DNA from: Peribolospora baueri
Taxonomy: Eukaryota
DNA length: 64,000 nucleotides
Assembly (NCBI GenBank): GCA_029717555.1
Contig: JAMDHS010000094.1
Location: 1 to 64,000, forward strand
Reading direction: 5' to 3'
Shown: piece after piece, positions 13,075 to 27,111 of the stretch
How the letters are laid out: each line of letters opens with the position of its first letter
How positions within the stretch are numbered: position 1 is the stretch's first letter
Program-made: the position numbers and the translations under genes
Notes under the pieces: generated by a model
Told to the model about the DNA's origin: nothing
What the model saw: the letters and a program-made list of their open reading frames with translations, nothing else
Databases searched by the model: none

Positions 13075-13662
13075 GGCTGTCGTGTTCCTTCAGTTGTGAT
13101 TATCGCCTCGTCGGGCTGGAAGTCGATGCTCGATCAAATGACGGGTCACGTGAACAACAGAGAGGCGTGACGTAATTATCCGACCTGCCGCAGGTCTAGG
13201 GTTACAGCTCCTTTCCCCGTACACCGCTCCCATCCGGAGGGGCGGAGGATAGACGGCGGGTCAGGGTGCGTGCAGCGGAGAGGTCTCCTTCGTCTTGACT
13301 ACCATCTAACCCTCGACTTTGTCGTCTTCATCGCTGCCCTCCTGCTCGCATCCCTTTCTTTGCTCAGCTCTGCTCGGATTGTATCATTGTCCTCGAAGGA
13401 AGATCTTCGATTTGTATGCCGGCCGGGCCGCATCCCATCTCTCTCATTCTTGTACTCTTGTATCTTGCTCGTTCCCACCCTTTCATCTCATCGCCCGCCC
13501 CGCGCCTTTGACCTTGACGGGGAGACCAGACGCAGCTGGTAGACGGTCTAGGTAGGCCATCGAATCCAGCCGGCAACGACCAGACGATCCCCCTGTCTCC
13601 ATCTCTGCCCTCCGCCACGACCCGCGCGTTCTCCGGCCTCGTCCGCCGTCCATCTCGTCACC

Positions 13663-15716
13663 ATGCGCATGTCCCCTTCCCTTCTGGCCCTCGCCCCTCT
13701 TGCCGGGCCACGACCACCCTCTCCAGCCGCACATCTCTTTCTTTCTTCCGCCTCCATATTTCCACTTCCCTCCATCTCCCACCTCTCAACCCAAGCAAGT
13801 CGCCTCTGGCACGGAGCGCTCTCACAACTTTCCCCGTCCTTTCTGCCTCCCACACGGCTTCACTTCTCTTCGTCTACCGGCGCTTCTTCTCCCCCGCTTC
13901 TTGCTCCGGACGTTCAGGATCTGGACGAAAGCGGCGAGGAGTACATCCTGAACGGAGAGCTCATCTTCAACCCCATCGCTGCGTTCTCCGACTCGACCGC
14001 ATCTGCTGTCACCATCCCAGCGTCCAGCAAGGCTGACGAGGAAGACGACGGATGGGTTCCCTTCATTCGGGCATGGCTGACCGAGTACCTCGAGGGGCAG
14101 CAGAGTAAGGTGGAAGGAGACGGGGAGGGAGAGGAGAGTCTTCCGGGGATGGGAGATGCGGGGCTACCCGGTTGGGTGGACCCCAGAGAGCGAGGCGGAA
14201 AGATGCTTGACGTGAGTTCATTTCGGCGTGTGACTTACGCAGACTGCCATCCGAGGACTGTACTAGGACTATCACCGAACCTCGGCCTGGCCTGACGATT
14301 CGCTTCACCACCCCGCTTCTCTGCCATTACGCGACCACCGCCATTACTCTTGCCTGATGCATGCAGGTCGTCGCTCCAGGTAAAGGCGAGCCTCTGAACG
14401 TGATCATCTCGGGTCATTCGGATCCTTCCGTGCTTTCAGAGGCGGGGCTTAGGAACTACGTTCGGTAAGCTTCTTTCTTCCCGTCCGACTTTCCCATTCA
14501 TTCTGCTTCCCTGGCTCCAGCTCCTTATTCCGATCGCTCACAACATAACCGTTTGGCTGCTCATTCTCACAGTGCCATCGGCTTTTCCTTCGAATGTCTC
14601 AACCTCCACCGCGGCAAGAGACAGACCGCCGACCTTGGAGACGGGTTCGGGCCGAGGGATGAGCAGTTCCTGTATCGTCAGACTCACTTCCCTGGCGCTC
14701 CTGGACGGTGGGTGGGCAGCTGCTGGGAGAGCTTGTAGTGAGTATGCTCGACCCTTTCCAAGGGGGTGATTGGTGAGAACGTTGGCCAGACACTGTCTTT
14801 GTTGTGATGCTGAGACGTACGTCGCTTGATCTGCTTTGATTGTACGCAGCGGTGGCAACCATTTCCGAGGTGAGCTCCTCTTGTTCAGCGAGCCCCTTCG
14901 AGGAGGGAGAGGTGAACAGTTTCAACTACTTGTCCGCACATTTCACTCATCCATGGAAACGTTTACGTTCCACGACTGTAGCATGGAAGCAGAATGGCAC
15001 GGAAGCCAATACGGGCGCATGGTTCCTTGCGTGCGTATCTTCTATTCATTTCTCGAGGAAGAGTTTGTAAGGCTCGACATGCGTCGTCGTCATGTCCCTG
15101 TTTTTTGTCTTACCTTTATCGTATCATCTTTGTCTCGTGCGACCTTTGTTGGACAGCGTCTCGAAAGAAGAGGTCAGTCCCGCATCTGCTCTCTCTGGCT
15201 CTTGTGCGCTTTCGCCCGCCTGTCTGCTGTTACGCTAGGCGGAGCCCGGCTAGCCTTACTGATTTGGCCATGTTTCCCTTTTATTCTGCTCCATTCATAC
15301 TCGTTTTGGATGCAATTACAGTATTTGGGAAAGAGCCACATGATCGTGGACGATGGGTATAACATTGGTCGGTAAGTGTAACGGTTCCTAGGATTCCTCT
15401 TTTTTTCTCACTCTTTTGTGGGAGGGTGGTCTAACTCTTGGTGTGTCTGCATCCTACCAGCGACCTCCTGGTAGCTGCGGCGCTCCGGGGCGGGAAATGG
15501 AAGGCTTGGAGGTGGACGGCGGAGGTGGAATGGGTGGACGGCCTGATCATGCCAGGCAAGCACGGCATCAACCATGGCATTGAGCAGGACGGATTGGTGG
15601 CTGTACTGACCGTTGACAGGAGCATCAGCTTGCCCTGGGGGCGGGTATTGGAGGAGGGGACGAGTATGTGGGGAAGGTTGAAGGAGTGGGCGAAGGCATG
15701 CGGCCCTTGGAGGTGA
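13663..15716 (+). CDS. Conserved basidiomycete hypothetical protein, possibly secreted, many short exons
   Basis: Spliced exons GWVDPRERGGKMLD, EPLNVIISGHSDP, IGFSFECLNLH, GSCWESL, GGNHFR, WKQNGTEANTGAWFLA, DGYNIGRDLLV, GINHGIEQDGLVAVLTV; canonical GT-AG introns; start uncertain. Confidence 0.65.
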
Positions 15717-16407
15717 TCCCCTTCCCAGTTCTGCCCGATGAGATTCGGTACAAGTGTGCTGGAAGTCCATTCGTCTCCAGCTTCACCTCCGTGTTTGAAT
15801 GCTTCCAAACGCGTCCTCTCCACCTTCTTCCCGTGGACCTCTTCGGAATCGCCCTTCCTTCTTTTCCCCGCTACCTTGCTTCGTTTGATATCGACATGCG
15901 GTTTGATATCCCGTTCCATTCGTGTCGTTTCATCGCGCCTCCCATCGCTACATTGGCTCGTCAGCTCCTTCGATCGCATAAGGTGCACCAGTATCTATCT
16001 TTATGTATAGGAATTACCCAGCTGGACTGTCTTCATTTCATTTCACTTCTTCCCATCATCCTTGCCATCGAAGATTGGACGTGGAAAGAGCTCTAGCCGC
16101 CATCGAATCGAATCGCTCCACCTGCCGCAGCCGCTGATAAGCCCAATCGGGGCCAGCGCCGGGTCGTCTTCTTCTGGGCCAGTGGCGAGCAGATGATGTG
16201 GTGCTCCGTCCTCACTCTCTTCTCTGTCTTCCCCTTTCTTCGTCCACTCTCTTCTTAGCCGCCGAGTCGCTTATATCGACTTCCGCCTTCGAGCTCACCC
16301 GGAGTATAATCACCTGTCCCGAGAACCTCGCTCCGACCACCAAGGCACGTTCTGGTCAACTATCTCTCAGTCTTCCGCCAGTCACATCGTCTCCGTCATC
16401 GCCCAAC

Positions 16408-18282
16408 ATGAGACTCAGCCTCGACGCTCTCTTCGCCGCGTTTCTAGTCTTCACCTCCGAAGTCGTCCGCGCGCAATACTTGTGTGAGTACACCTCCCTG
16501 CTCCTTCCTCCTTCATCCCAACCTCCGCTGTGTGCCTTGTGCCGTGCGCTCATCCTCGCCCCGTCGTCAACGACGGTCTACAGCTGCAGGATGGAAACCA
16601 GGACAGCCGGCACCTCGCTACATCCCCCCCTCCGGCGAGCGCATAGCCGTTCCTGCCGATTTCTTTCGAGCGAACGCAGTACCGCCGACGGTGCAGGAAA
16701 ACGGCGATGGCGTCTTGCAGAAGCCTAAGGGCTTACAGCAGCGCGCGATGAGGGTGTGTGTCGTGCTTCTTTGCTCACTCAAGATCGTCCCCTTCTTCCT
16801 ATTGCTTCCATCACTTGTACACATGGCCTGACACCCCTTCGCCGATTTGACTTGGACACGTCCGTCATCCTTCGCCATTTCAGTGGGTTATGGCGAACAT
16901 CCACAGGATGAACGCCAGCGACATCGCCCAAGCTGAGGCCCTGAAGGAAGCGGAGGAGAACCCGGTGTTCCACCCGGCTCTCGAGATCTTGTCGGACGAC
17001 CCAGGGAGGGGCACGATGGTGGAGAGGTTGCTCGATTTTGACGGACCTGCCGAGAGGTGGGACGATGTGGAGAAGGAGGAGAGGAGGTGGCTCGTGCTCG
17101 TGTGAGCGTCTCCGCCGGGCTCGTCGAAGATTTCGTCCCGTCGCTCGTGCCTGTACTGACTGGGCTTTTGTCAATCACAGCTCCGCGCCGCAGGACAAGA
17201 AGTCGATGTCGATAGACCAACTTCTGAACGACACCCTCAGCCTCATCAGACCAGTCGACCTTACGGAAGTAGAGGAGGCGGACGGCGTCAGCGAACAACC
17301 GTTGTTCGATGACGAAGAGGAGCCTCTGGGAGGCTCCTCTTCCGATGATGGCCGAGATCCCGCCACGTCGGCGCTGAAGAGGAAGAGAGGCAAGAGCTTG
17401 AAAGGGTGGAGGTTCGGGAGGGTGAACTACTTCGACGAGAGTAGGCTCACTACGATGTGGGGGGTTTGGAGGTGAGTCGACCGGCCTCGAGGAGATGCAG
17501 TATGACAACGCTTGATAGAAAGCTTATCGTGCGAGGAAGCTGATTCGACGCTTCTGAATTTCTCCCGTCCTCGGTCATTCAACAGAGTGCCCATGTTCAT
17601 CTTCATCACGCCTCCAACCACTCCCACGGCTTCCTTTACGTTCACCCCGGATCACCTCTTTTCCTCGTCCTCCGAAGGCCCAACGCCAGTCAAGCAAAAG
17701 CCGTATAACATGCGCTTTTTTCACGGTTGGAGCTTCAGTAAGCAGACTCCAGAGAAGATGCGCAACTTTTTGGCCGACGAGAGCAATTGGCAATGGAAGA
17801 ACGTTTGGGAAAGCGAGTGGGCGCCCGGGGGGAAGAGGTGAGAGCGCTGGCTTTCCGGTCACTTTGCGTTCTGATCCGTTTCGTTTTGAAGGGAAACGGG
17901 ATCGCAATCGGACTTCGTGTGCGACGCCAGCTGACCTGTCGACCCGTTTGGTTCCTTATCTCCCCGCAGAGCGCGCATCATGGATCATATTGCAGACTTC
18001 ATGGCTCTATACGCGCGCGTAATGGACAAGGTCCCTCCGATTGTTTTCATGATCCTCACGGGCGCCGTCTCCTCTCAGATCATCTCTTTCATGCACCGAG
18101 GGGACGACGCCATGAAGGCAAAAGAGAAGGAGAAGAGGCAGGCGAGGTTGGGGGAGGAGAGGCGGGAGGTATTGGAGAGGAGACGGGAAGAGGTCAGGAA
18201 GTCTTTGAAGCCTACCGTCATCGTCGATGATAAGAAGTCGGGAGGGGACGGGGCGGCGAAGCAGAGAAAGGCAAAAAGGTAA
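16408..18282 (+). CDS. Signal-peptide membrane protein, possibly thioredoxin-like (TMX-type) fold
   Basis: Signal peptide MRLSLDALFAAFLVFTSEVVRA, WRFGRVNYF..LTTMWGVWR-VPMFIFI segment, C-terminal TM helix and basic tail KQRKAKR; several GT-AG introns. Confidence 0.6.
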
Positions 18283-19555
18283 CCCCGTTTGTTATCCGCT
18301 CGGTCAGGAGGCTGAGGGGGCCGGCGTCAAGTTTTCTTTATTTGGGTCGCCCAGCTACGGTCAATGCGTTGCTATACCGAATCAATAATGATTGCGCGTA
18401 CTCGAAGGTGGACGACGGGTGTATTTCAAAGTTCGAGACTGTCCGACTGACGTCGTGGACTAGCATCAGGGAGGGCCTGACGAAAGGGAATTGGAGTGCC
18501 ACCACGACTTGGACCCTAATCGGCGAGCGAGTGAAGGGTCCAAACTAAAGACCACCTCGTCCAACTTTCTCTTCTCTAACTTAGAAAGCGAGGTTAGCCG
18601 AGCCCAGCCAACTAAAATGGAGGAAAATAGCTCTTGTAAACAGGCCTCGCTTGGCCGAACAGACGCAGTCGATGGGCACGCCAGGCGGTCAACGGTAACG
18701 TTCGGCCAGCGAGGTCAGCCTCACGACTACACGCGGCTCTTGTCGCAACCCATACTGCGTTCACAGGATCAGCCTCGTGAAAGAGGTTCAGAGGGGAGGA
18801 AAGATCGGTTTTCATTTGGATTGCGTAGATTTGGCAGGGTCGGGAGCAAGGATGACAAGACAACTGGAGGTCATCCCCGCGCAACTGTGGTCATCCGCCT
18901 TCAGGCATATCGGAGAGGACGGCGTCGTGCGATTCAGACCCATCAATACAGACGTTCGTAGACAGAAGCACGTAAGGATTGAAATAAGTGAAGAGGCGAT
19001 CCGAAGTCGGCTGGCCAAGTTGACCGGGGCAATGGTGCAGCTCAATCCCAGTTGCCAGCCTTGTGCATGGCGCTCCGGCGAGCACGTCTCAGCATTTGTG
19101 CGAGTGCTTGGGAACACCGGACTCGGGCCGGAGATTAGATTAGATCTTTCGGCCGAGTGCAGATCTCATCTCCCCACGGCAGGTTGCTGCGGCCACTCTG
19201 TCCGCGACTGGCTGTCATGTAGACGGCGACCATGCTGAGGAGACACATCGTGGCGTGAACGGCGAGAAGGTAACTTTGGCATCCATTGTTTCAGTAGTAA
19301 CCCACAGACAATGACGATGACGGGAGCCATTTGAACCTATTCCTAGCCTCACCGCCGACCTAGACACGGGGTGAGCAGCTGGCTGCGTCGGCCCTGCTGC
19401 AGCTAAGGAATGGGGCGCCGGAGGGGCCCCCACATCGGCATACATGAACGGCCACCTCGCCCTCGCCCTCGCCTCCTCTCCTCCCCCTCCTCTTTCTTTC
19501 ACCTTATTCCTTTCACCCCTGCACCGCTTTCAGACGAAGACAGCGATACCTCGAG

Positions 19556-20090
19556 ATGTCCTCAGCGTGTGCCGTCCCGCAACGGACGCCGTCCACGCTC
19601 GCTGTGCCTCGCTATCCGATCACGCTCGTCATAGTCGGTGCAGGCCAGCGCGGCCAAGTCTACGCCTCATTCGCCCTCTCCTCCGACGTCCTGCCTGCCG
19701 TGTCGTCGCAGTAGCTGAACCTTTGCCAAGACGTCGGAGAAAAATTGCTGAAGAGCATGGAGTAAGGCCCGAGTGGGTCGTCGCCGATTGGAAGAAGTTG
19801 GTGGAAGAGAAGGGCCGGCTCGCGAATGCTGTCGTTGTTTCAGTCTTGGTGAGTCGGTGTGACGTTGCCTCTTTCCTCCAAATTGGATTCCTGCATCGCT
19901 AGAGGTGGAGTTTCAGCGATCCACGGCGTTGACTGACGCCGACCGAATACGTTTTCCTTTCGGCTGGGTCTGGCTTCTTCTATATCCTCGCACGCTCGCC
20001 TACTGTCCCAGGATCACCTGCACGTCGAGGTGGTGACGGCCTTTGCAAAGCAAGGCTATCACATCCTCTGCGAGAATCCTATGGCGACGA
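19556..20090 (+). pseudogene. Truncated, frameshifted Gfo/Idh/MocA oxidoreductase N-terminal fragment
   Basis: ITLVIVGAGQRGQVYA is in one frame and CRVVAVAEP..ANAVVVSV in another (frameshift near 19690); after the intron, DHLHVEVVTAFAKQGYHILCENPMAT has ENP for the canonical EKP; homology then stops. Confidence 0.75.
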
Positions 20091-20536
20091 GGGCAAAGAT
20101 GGCTGGGACAGACAGACAACTCTCCCGTCTTCCCAGCCTTCCCAAACCACATCACACTCCACAACTATGACCCGCTCCATAAAGGTGAGAACGCAGAGCC
20201 CGAGAGAGCGCAATTATGCGGCCCACTGTTATATATATACATGGAATGGAATGTAAACAGGAACGCAAAAGTTGGAGGGGTATGCGAGTGAGCGCAAGGG
20301 TGGATATGGAGGGGGGGTGAGATTGGAGGAGGGGCGGGGCATCCGAACGAGCCTAGACGAGCGGTGCACAAGTCGAGACGGAATGGTGACAGAGAAGAGA
20401 ATCATTGAACCGGGGAAGGGGTTGGGAAACAAGTCGAGGGGACGAGAAGGACGCCACGGAAAAGCGAGTCGCCAGGCCTCGCTGCTACCCGCAACCTCCT
20501 ACGCCTAGCTTTCGAGCTCAGAAATCACCGCCCACG

Positions 20537-21742
20537 TTACCAGTCTCCCCCGCCGAAATCGTCGCCGTTGTCTGTTGAGGGAGAAAGGATGGAACAGAGC
20601 GGGAGCGAGCATGGTTGAGCGATCGGTTCAGTTCGGTCGATGAGGATTTCGAACGGCCACTTTTCGTGCGGTGATGAGGGAAAGGGTGAGGCAAAAAGAG
20701 GAGGGGCGACTCACCGAAACCTTGGTCGTAGCCCTGATCGTAGCCTTGGTCATAGCCACGGTCTTCGCCTTGGTCGTAGCCTTGGTCATAGCCACGGTCT
20801 TCGCCTTGGTTGTAGCCTTGGTCATAGCCACGGTCTTCGCCTTGGTTGTAGCCTTGGTCGTAGGCCTGCTCCTCGATGCGCTCGTCATGGTGACCTGCGG
20901 CGTGATTGGTGCGGGGGGCGAGGTTAAGAGTAGTGAGCAAACCGAATGCTCATGGCTGTCGCTTAGGGTGCATACGCCAGCCAATCCAGACGAGACAGAC
21001 GTCGGCGCGATGCGACGTGCTGTGGACCGGATGAAAAAGGCAAGCATGCGGACGACTCACTGATAGCTTCCTCCAACAATACGCCTCCGAGGAGGCCAGC
21101 GCCGGCGCCGGCCAAGAGGCCCGTGCCCGCACCGAAACCATGTTTCTTCTGGGGCTGGGCCGCCTGCTGAGGGTAGCCGTACGGGGCGGGCGGCGGAGGA
21201 GCCTGGGCGTAGTAGGACTGAGCGGGAGGGCCGTACGGCTGCTGGGGCGGGGAGGCATAGCCGCCGTAGGGCTGGGCGGGAGGGGGTGGGGACATGTACT
21301 GGCCCGACCCGTGGGAGGAGTGATTGAAGATGCCCCTGTTCTCCTCCTCCGGGTGTGTCCAGGTGGACCGGGGAGGGTTGCCGCGCGTGTCGACGTAGAA
21401 GTGGCGGTTGTAGCTGCGACGAGGGAAGGGGAGCGAGTTAGAGAAAAGGGAATGGTCGGGAGACTTCGCACACGTATCCATCTCAGCACACCTTCCCACT
21501 CACTTGCTATCCCACTGCTTCACCCAGCCTTGAGGGAGAGGCCGCTCGCCAGATCCGCCGGGGGCGCCCTGATACGGCTGCTGAGGGGGAGCAGGGTAAG
21601 CGTAGCCGGACTGCGCCTGCGGAGGGGGACTAGCGTAAGCGTAGTCGGACTGTGCCTGCGGAGGTCTATAGGGCGAGCCGCCTTGGTAGGGGGGCGGATG
21701 GGGACCGTTGAGTTCCTGCTTGAGCTTGTCGAAGAGGCCCAT
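20537..21742 (-). CDS. WW-domain, Pro/Gly/Tyr/Gln-rich protein (Wwm1-like)
   Basis: MGLFDKLKQ.., PLPQGWVKQWDSK|YNRHFYVDT..STWTHP, glycine-zipper AGAGAGLLGGVLL, GYDQ repeats, last exon DNGDDFGGGDW*. Confidence 0.85.
20722..20865 (-). repeat. Coding 36-bp tandem repeat (GYDQGYxQGEDR, about 3.5 copies)
   Basis: Repeated TAGCCTTGGTCATAGCCACGGTCTTCGCCTTGGT on the + strand. Confidence 0.9.
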
Positions 21743-22144
21743 GGTGGGTGAGGAGATGATGGGGTATGTGGGTGGGGCGGCGAGAGGGAAAGAAAGGGGA
21801 TGGTGGATGGAAAGAGGAAGCGATGGAACGGATCTGTCGTTCTTGAACGCTTGTTTGAAAGACGATGGGCTTTCCCAACAGACAGACCAAGGCGGTGCTG
21901 TCTTTGTCTTGTCTTGGGTGTACGGACGATGAGGACGAGGAGGACGCCGACGGTGACGACGACGGGACCGGAATGGGCAATGCCGGGACGGCATTGCCAC
22001 GCGACAGCGGCCCAAAAATGGTTCACCACCACCTCGCACAGCCGCGTCGTTATCACAGAATCCATTGCACAAGGCCGAAATAACTAGCGAGCCATGACGC
22101 TCGTCTTCCCACCTCTCACCGCCTCCCCCACCGTCGCACGCTCG

Positions 22145-25100
22145 CTACAGACCGATCCAGCTGCTCCGTCCACCAGGGTTCATCAGCCCCGTCATGCCGA
22201 CCTTGATCCGTTTCCAGCTCGGCGTCCGCGGTTCGTCACCTCCTCCCCCCTCCCATTCTCCTTCTCCCTCCGCTCCCTCTCCCCCCTCCAACCTTGCCAC
22301 CCGCGTTCCGGCCAGCGCAGCAGCGGCGCCATCCACAGCATTCGCACTACCACCGCTCGCGTCGATTCCTTCTACGCCAGCAGCGCCACCCCAGCTCCTC
22401 GCCTGCGACGACAGACGGGCGTTCTTGAACGCCTCGCCGTAGTTGTCCGATCCTGTTGGAGTCGAATTGGTCCAAGTTGTGCTGCTCTCGCGGTTGTGCG
22501 GGCCATTGGACGACGTTCTGCTCGACCTTTGAGCCGTCGTCGGCGACATTGGGACGCCGACAGCCAGCGAAAGGTCTTCGGAGCGCCGGGTGGAAGCGGC
22601 GGCGGCGGCGGCGGCGGGGACAGAGAGGTAGGCCTCTGCTGACCACTCGTACCACACTTTCCGCCTTCCGTCGGTCAGACGCCACATGCTCACGTCGAGT
22701 TCCGAGTTGGGCGGCACGTACAGCGGTTCCTGTTCGTCGTTGTCGCACACACAAAGGAAGACGTCAGCGAGCTCGATGCGCAAGAAAAGGGTCGTTGTCC
22801 ACCATCGGTCCGAGATATCAAAAGCGCAAGAGAGAAAAGCACGACAGACCCTGAAAGGAAACCAGATGGGGAACCAGCTGAGCATATCTTTGCTACCTCT
22901 CCTAGGGTCAGGATGGATGCTGATTGTGACGTCGTCGTATAGCGTCGCCTCAAAATAGCCCGCCAAGCCATGGACGACACCGCTGTAAGGGATGTGGAAG
23001 GTGAGCTGCGTCGACCGGTTGTTATGGTGGTTCGTGACGGGCAGGCCTGCTCCGTGGTGGAGAAATGAAGGAAGAAGAAGGGATCCGTTCAGCCAACAAA
23101 TATCTCGCGTGCCGACGAGCTCCCGGACAGTCAGCTGGGCCGGCTCACCGTTCATATCCCGCAGAGGCCCCTCGCCTTCGACGAGGGGCCCGTGGACAAA
23201 CTGCCAGCACTCCTGCGTATCCTCCCAGTCTCCCCTCCCCCCACTCGCGCTCAGCCGACTGACGGCCTGGAACATGACCACATAAGGCGTCTCTACGCTC
23301 TTCACCGACCTTGAGGGCGACGGAGAGCCGGCGGCGAAGGCGACCTCGGAGTGAAGCTTGGAGGAGGAGACGGGAGAGAGGTAGGCCGTGTAGGAGCGTG
23401 GGATCGAGATGCCATCGGCTGTGGAGCGGCGTAGTGGAGAGTGGAGAGTCAGGTCCACAATCTCAGTTGGGTTCTGCGTCGTCGTACAAGACAAGGGACG
23501 GACAACGCACTCACGCTTGAGAAAGCGCATCGCCCCATCAAGACACTCCGGGCTCAGCTCATTATCGCCAAAGCTGCCTAAAAGTTCCGAGACGACAATG
23601 TCGGCTTTTTGGGCGGGCGGAAGGAGTGTGCGCATGTCGGCGAAGATGAGTTCGACAGAGGAACCCCATTCGTTTGCCTTTCGCTCTTGTAGACTGCAAG
23701 AAAGAGCGGTCGGTGATGGGGTGAGATGGGATCGAGTGCGGGCGCGCGGGCGCGTTAAGAAGGGACACTCACGTCACAAACGCGTTCGGGTTCTTCTCCA
23801 CCGCGACCACCTTGACCTCGCGCACGGCTCGCTCAGCGGCGGACAGACACCGTGCCACGAGAGGCCCTCGTCCGGCGCCACAGACATAGATGACCCTAAG
23901 AAGGGGGTCGATAAGAAGGGGGGCGTTGGGATCAGCTTATTGGCGAAATACATGTAAAGAAAATGTCCTTGCACTCACGTCATGGACGTTGACGGTCGGT
24001 CCGACAGGGCCCGGTACACGGCCTGTAAATTCAAAGATCACACCCAGTCACGTAACGTGGCAATTCCATCTCCACCGATCGGTCCCGCACTCACCTCCTC
24101 ATACCGAGCATACTTGATCGGATCCCTCTCAAACACTTCATACGTCGAGCTCTCCAAATTATCCATCAGAGGCTGCAAGGGCGCCTGGAGCCAATCCATA
24201 TACCCCCTCGCAAAGTCCTCCACGGCGCTCTCCTTGGACGCTGTGCGCTCGAGATGGCGTACGTACTGGATGTAGGCTGCTTGGCCGCCGCGGCTGTGCG
24301 ATGGCGGACGGCGGTGGGTGGAGGAGAGGATGACGGTGGGCTTTTGCTGTCGCGGATGGACCGGGATCGAACTAGTCAGGGCCAACTCCCCCAGGTAATC
24401 CACCCCTTTGTCCTGGCACTTACCTTCATAGCACCCCTCAAGAACGCCTGCATGTCCTTGCTGAGGACAGGATAGCCGTGAGCGTTAGGAATGTAAGCAT
24501 GGGCGGATAGCCAGATCTGGCGGACAGGCTCTGCGTTCCAGCGGGCGAGCGACGGGAGCGGGGGCATCGGCAGGCCGAGATCCAAGGCTTGTGGACGACG
24601 AAGGGAAAGAGAGACAGGGTGAGAATCGGCCTCCGGGAGGGAACCGTCCAGACGAACGACGGGCTGGCTGGCTCACCTACGCCTAACCTGCCCGAGTAGC
24701 CAGAAAGACTGCGGATGGTATCCCAAGCTTCCCAGACAGCATTGGCGCGGTCCTGCAAACCTTGCTTGTCGTTGAGAGTCAAAGGCGATGAAGACGGCGA
24801 CGGCGACGGCGGGGCTAAGAGAGGAAGGCGAACGGAGATCCGCAAGTAGTTCGACTCGGCCAAGGCGACGTTGATAGCCCTCGCATAGTCGTTGAGGTAC
24901 TTTTTCCTGTCTTCCATCTCTTTGTCTGCTCCCAAAAGTGATCTCGGTGGGGGTACGACGAGGGTGGGGATAGCGAGATAGGAGGCGTACGATATTTCTT
25001 GGCGAAGGGCGAGCTCCGAGTCAAGTCGGACGGAGGCGTCCGGTGAGTCGAGGTCGAGCCAGTCGGAGGCGAGGCCGATCAATGCTTCGGTCTCCTCTGC

Positions 25101-25797
25101 AGATGGATCGTCGGTGAGGAGCAAGTAAATAGAGATGGCGTCTGGGACGGCGACGGACGAAATGGAGCTCACCAAGTCTGGTGACATTGACCTCTCCCCT
25201 CCTAAACCTCCCACCGACCCTCCAAAGGTCCCTCTCGCGCCTCCATCTTTTCTTCTCCTGTCTTTCCTTCTCTGAACTTGCCTTGACCTCGGCGTCGTCG
25301 TCGTCCTGCTCCTCGCCGTGATTATCCAAACGTGGCTCTTCTTCGGTCTCCTTGCTCTTCAAACACATCTCCTCCCATCTAGCCCTCCAATGGGCGTTCG
25401 TCAAAGGCACACAAACCAAGTCATAGTCCTTGGCAAGAGCGTCGGCGGTAAGATGTTGAAGGGCCGTCAAGATTGGCTGTCCTCCCGCAGAACTCTGTTG
25501 TATTCTCGTCGCCCCGGCCCCGGCCCCGGCCCCGGCGGCGCTATCGACCGGCGCCGGTGCCGGGTCCTTCTCGTCGGACATCCTCGCCGCGCTGCCATTC
25601 TCGCCTTGTGCGCCTCTATGCGCAGAAGAATGGAGAACGCCAGAGGCGGGAGAAGGCGTGTCCGAGTCGGGCGCATGGGCGGCAGAGGGAAGCTGTGACT
25701 GGGGGATGTGAAGGGCGACGGTGATGGGCGTGGGTGAGTGATCGCCGCCGGCGCCGGCGCCGACCTGTGCTTGGTCCCCGGCAGAGTGGTAAGCCAT
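22145..25797 (-). CDS. HSL7: Type II protein arginine methyltransferase PRMT5 (Skb1/Hsl7), multi-exon
   Basis: [123 protein letters not shown]. Confidence 0.95.
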
Positions 25798-27111
25798 GGG
25801 TGAGGAAGGCGCTCTTGTCGAGGTGCTGTGTGTGTAATAGAGGAGGGTGAGCGTACTCTTCCGAGACCGAGCCGATGATGAATGATTTAAGTTCCTGCGG
25901 ACGAGGGAAGCAAAAAAGTGTGCACGGCGGTCAGCTGACCGCGGTGCCTGCGTCCGTGGGTGCTCTCTCTCTGCACTCACCAAGGAGGGGACACGGAGAG
26001 GGAGAGGTATAGGAGAGGAAGAAGAAAGAGGGAGAGAAGCGAGGCGGACAAGGTGGACGGACTGGCCGACTTCGCTGCCGAACGATGATCGGAATTGCGA
26101 GAGAGAAGAGCTCGGAACAAGTTTCCACTCAGGTCGATGATTATGCCGTCTCGTGTGCGCCGACTCAACTCCTCCCGGCGGTCAAAGTGGATCATCCCTT
26201 TCTCTCTCTGCCTCTGTTGGTCAGGCGTGATGACCGAATAGTGGGTGCTACACCTTCTGCCTCCAGCATCACTCCTCACTCGCCAGTCGCTATACATACA
26301 CTCGCCCGAGTAGGTGACCGACTGACCACATCCTCTCGCCTTGGCGCGCACATGTATACTGTATGTCCTCCAGGGCGTGGCCGAAGGAAGCAAGGTGGAA
26401 CCGACAAAGCCGAACAGCGCCAGCCGTTCCTCCGTTCCTCGACCCTGCACTTTTTTCGTCTCGGCTTCGTACTCCGCATCCGAACCCTGGACCGCTTTGC
26501 TCTTGGCATACGAGCCGAGCTGAACATGACCAGCGGTCCGTGTGGCCGACGCCTGCTTCCGGACACGGCTGACCGCATCGCCGCCTCAAAAGTCAGCCCC
26601 TCCGCTTCGCTAATCCTTCGCTTTCCATCGTAAACGTGCGACCGGCCGGCCGGACCGGACCGTCCATCGAGGTGAGCATAGAATACGTGATGGCCTGGCC
26701 GCTCCGGGAAGATGGAGGGACTCCTCGGAGCGCAGGGGAGCCAAATGGCACCCGTTGCGGCCCATTGCTTTGGGGAAACAAGTAGGTCAAGTCATTTGAA
26801 ATCTCTGCGTTGCGTGCTCGGGTGGCCAGTTTGAAAAGGAAGGGAGGGGCCAGGGAGAAAGGCGGAAGACATGATGTAGTAGGTGGCCACTTTGGAAGAA
26901 TGTATATGTCCTCGCGGGCAGGAACCAGAGTGGCGACAAGAGTGCCTCTTCTAACCATCGTGCTTGTCGTCAGGAGACATACTTGGATGGGATGGAAAGC
27001 GCTTTCGGCATGTGGTCTTGTCATTGGCCTTGGCCTTAAAGGCAGGAGACAAGGAAGGAACCTTGAGAATCTTGAGTGGAGGCGACGTCGGTGGTTTGAA
27101 AAGAAAACCTT

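Noticed and set aside
10709..13170. Long antisense and alternate-frame ORFs over CWF19 and other genes
   Set aside because: Expected shadow ORFs in GC-rich coding sequence.
15431..16096. 185-aa minus-strand and 142-aa plus-strand ORFs
   Set aside because: The first overlaps the end of a real gene in antisense; neither has recognisable motifs; likely UTR or intergenic.
18342..19400. ORFs of 100-156 aa in an intergenic stretch
   Set aside because: No recognisable domain or consistent exon structure.
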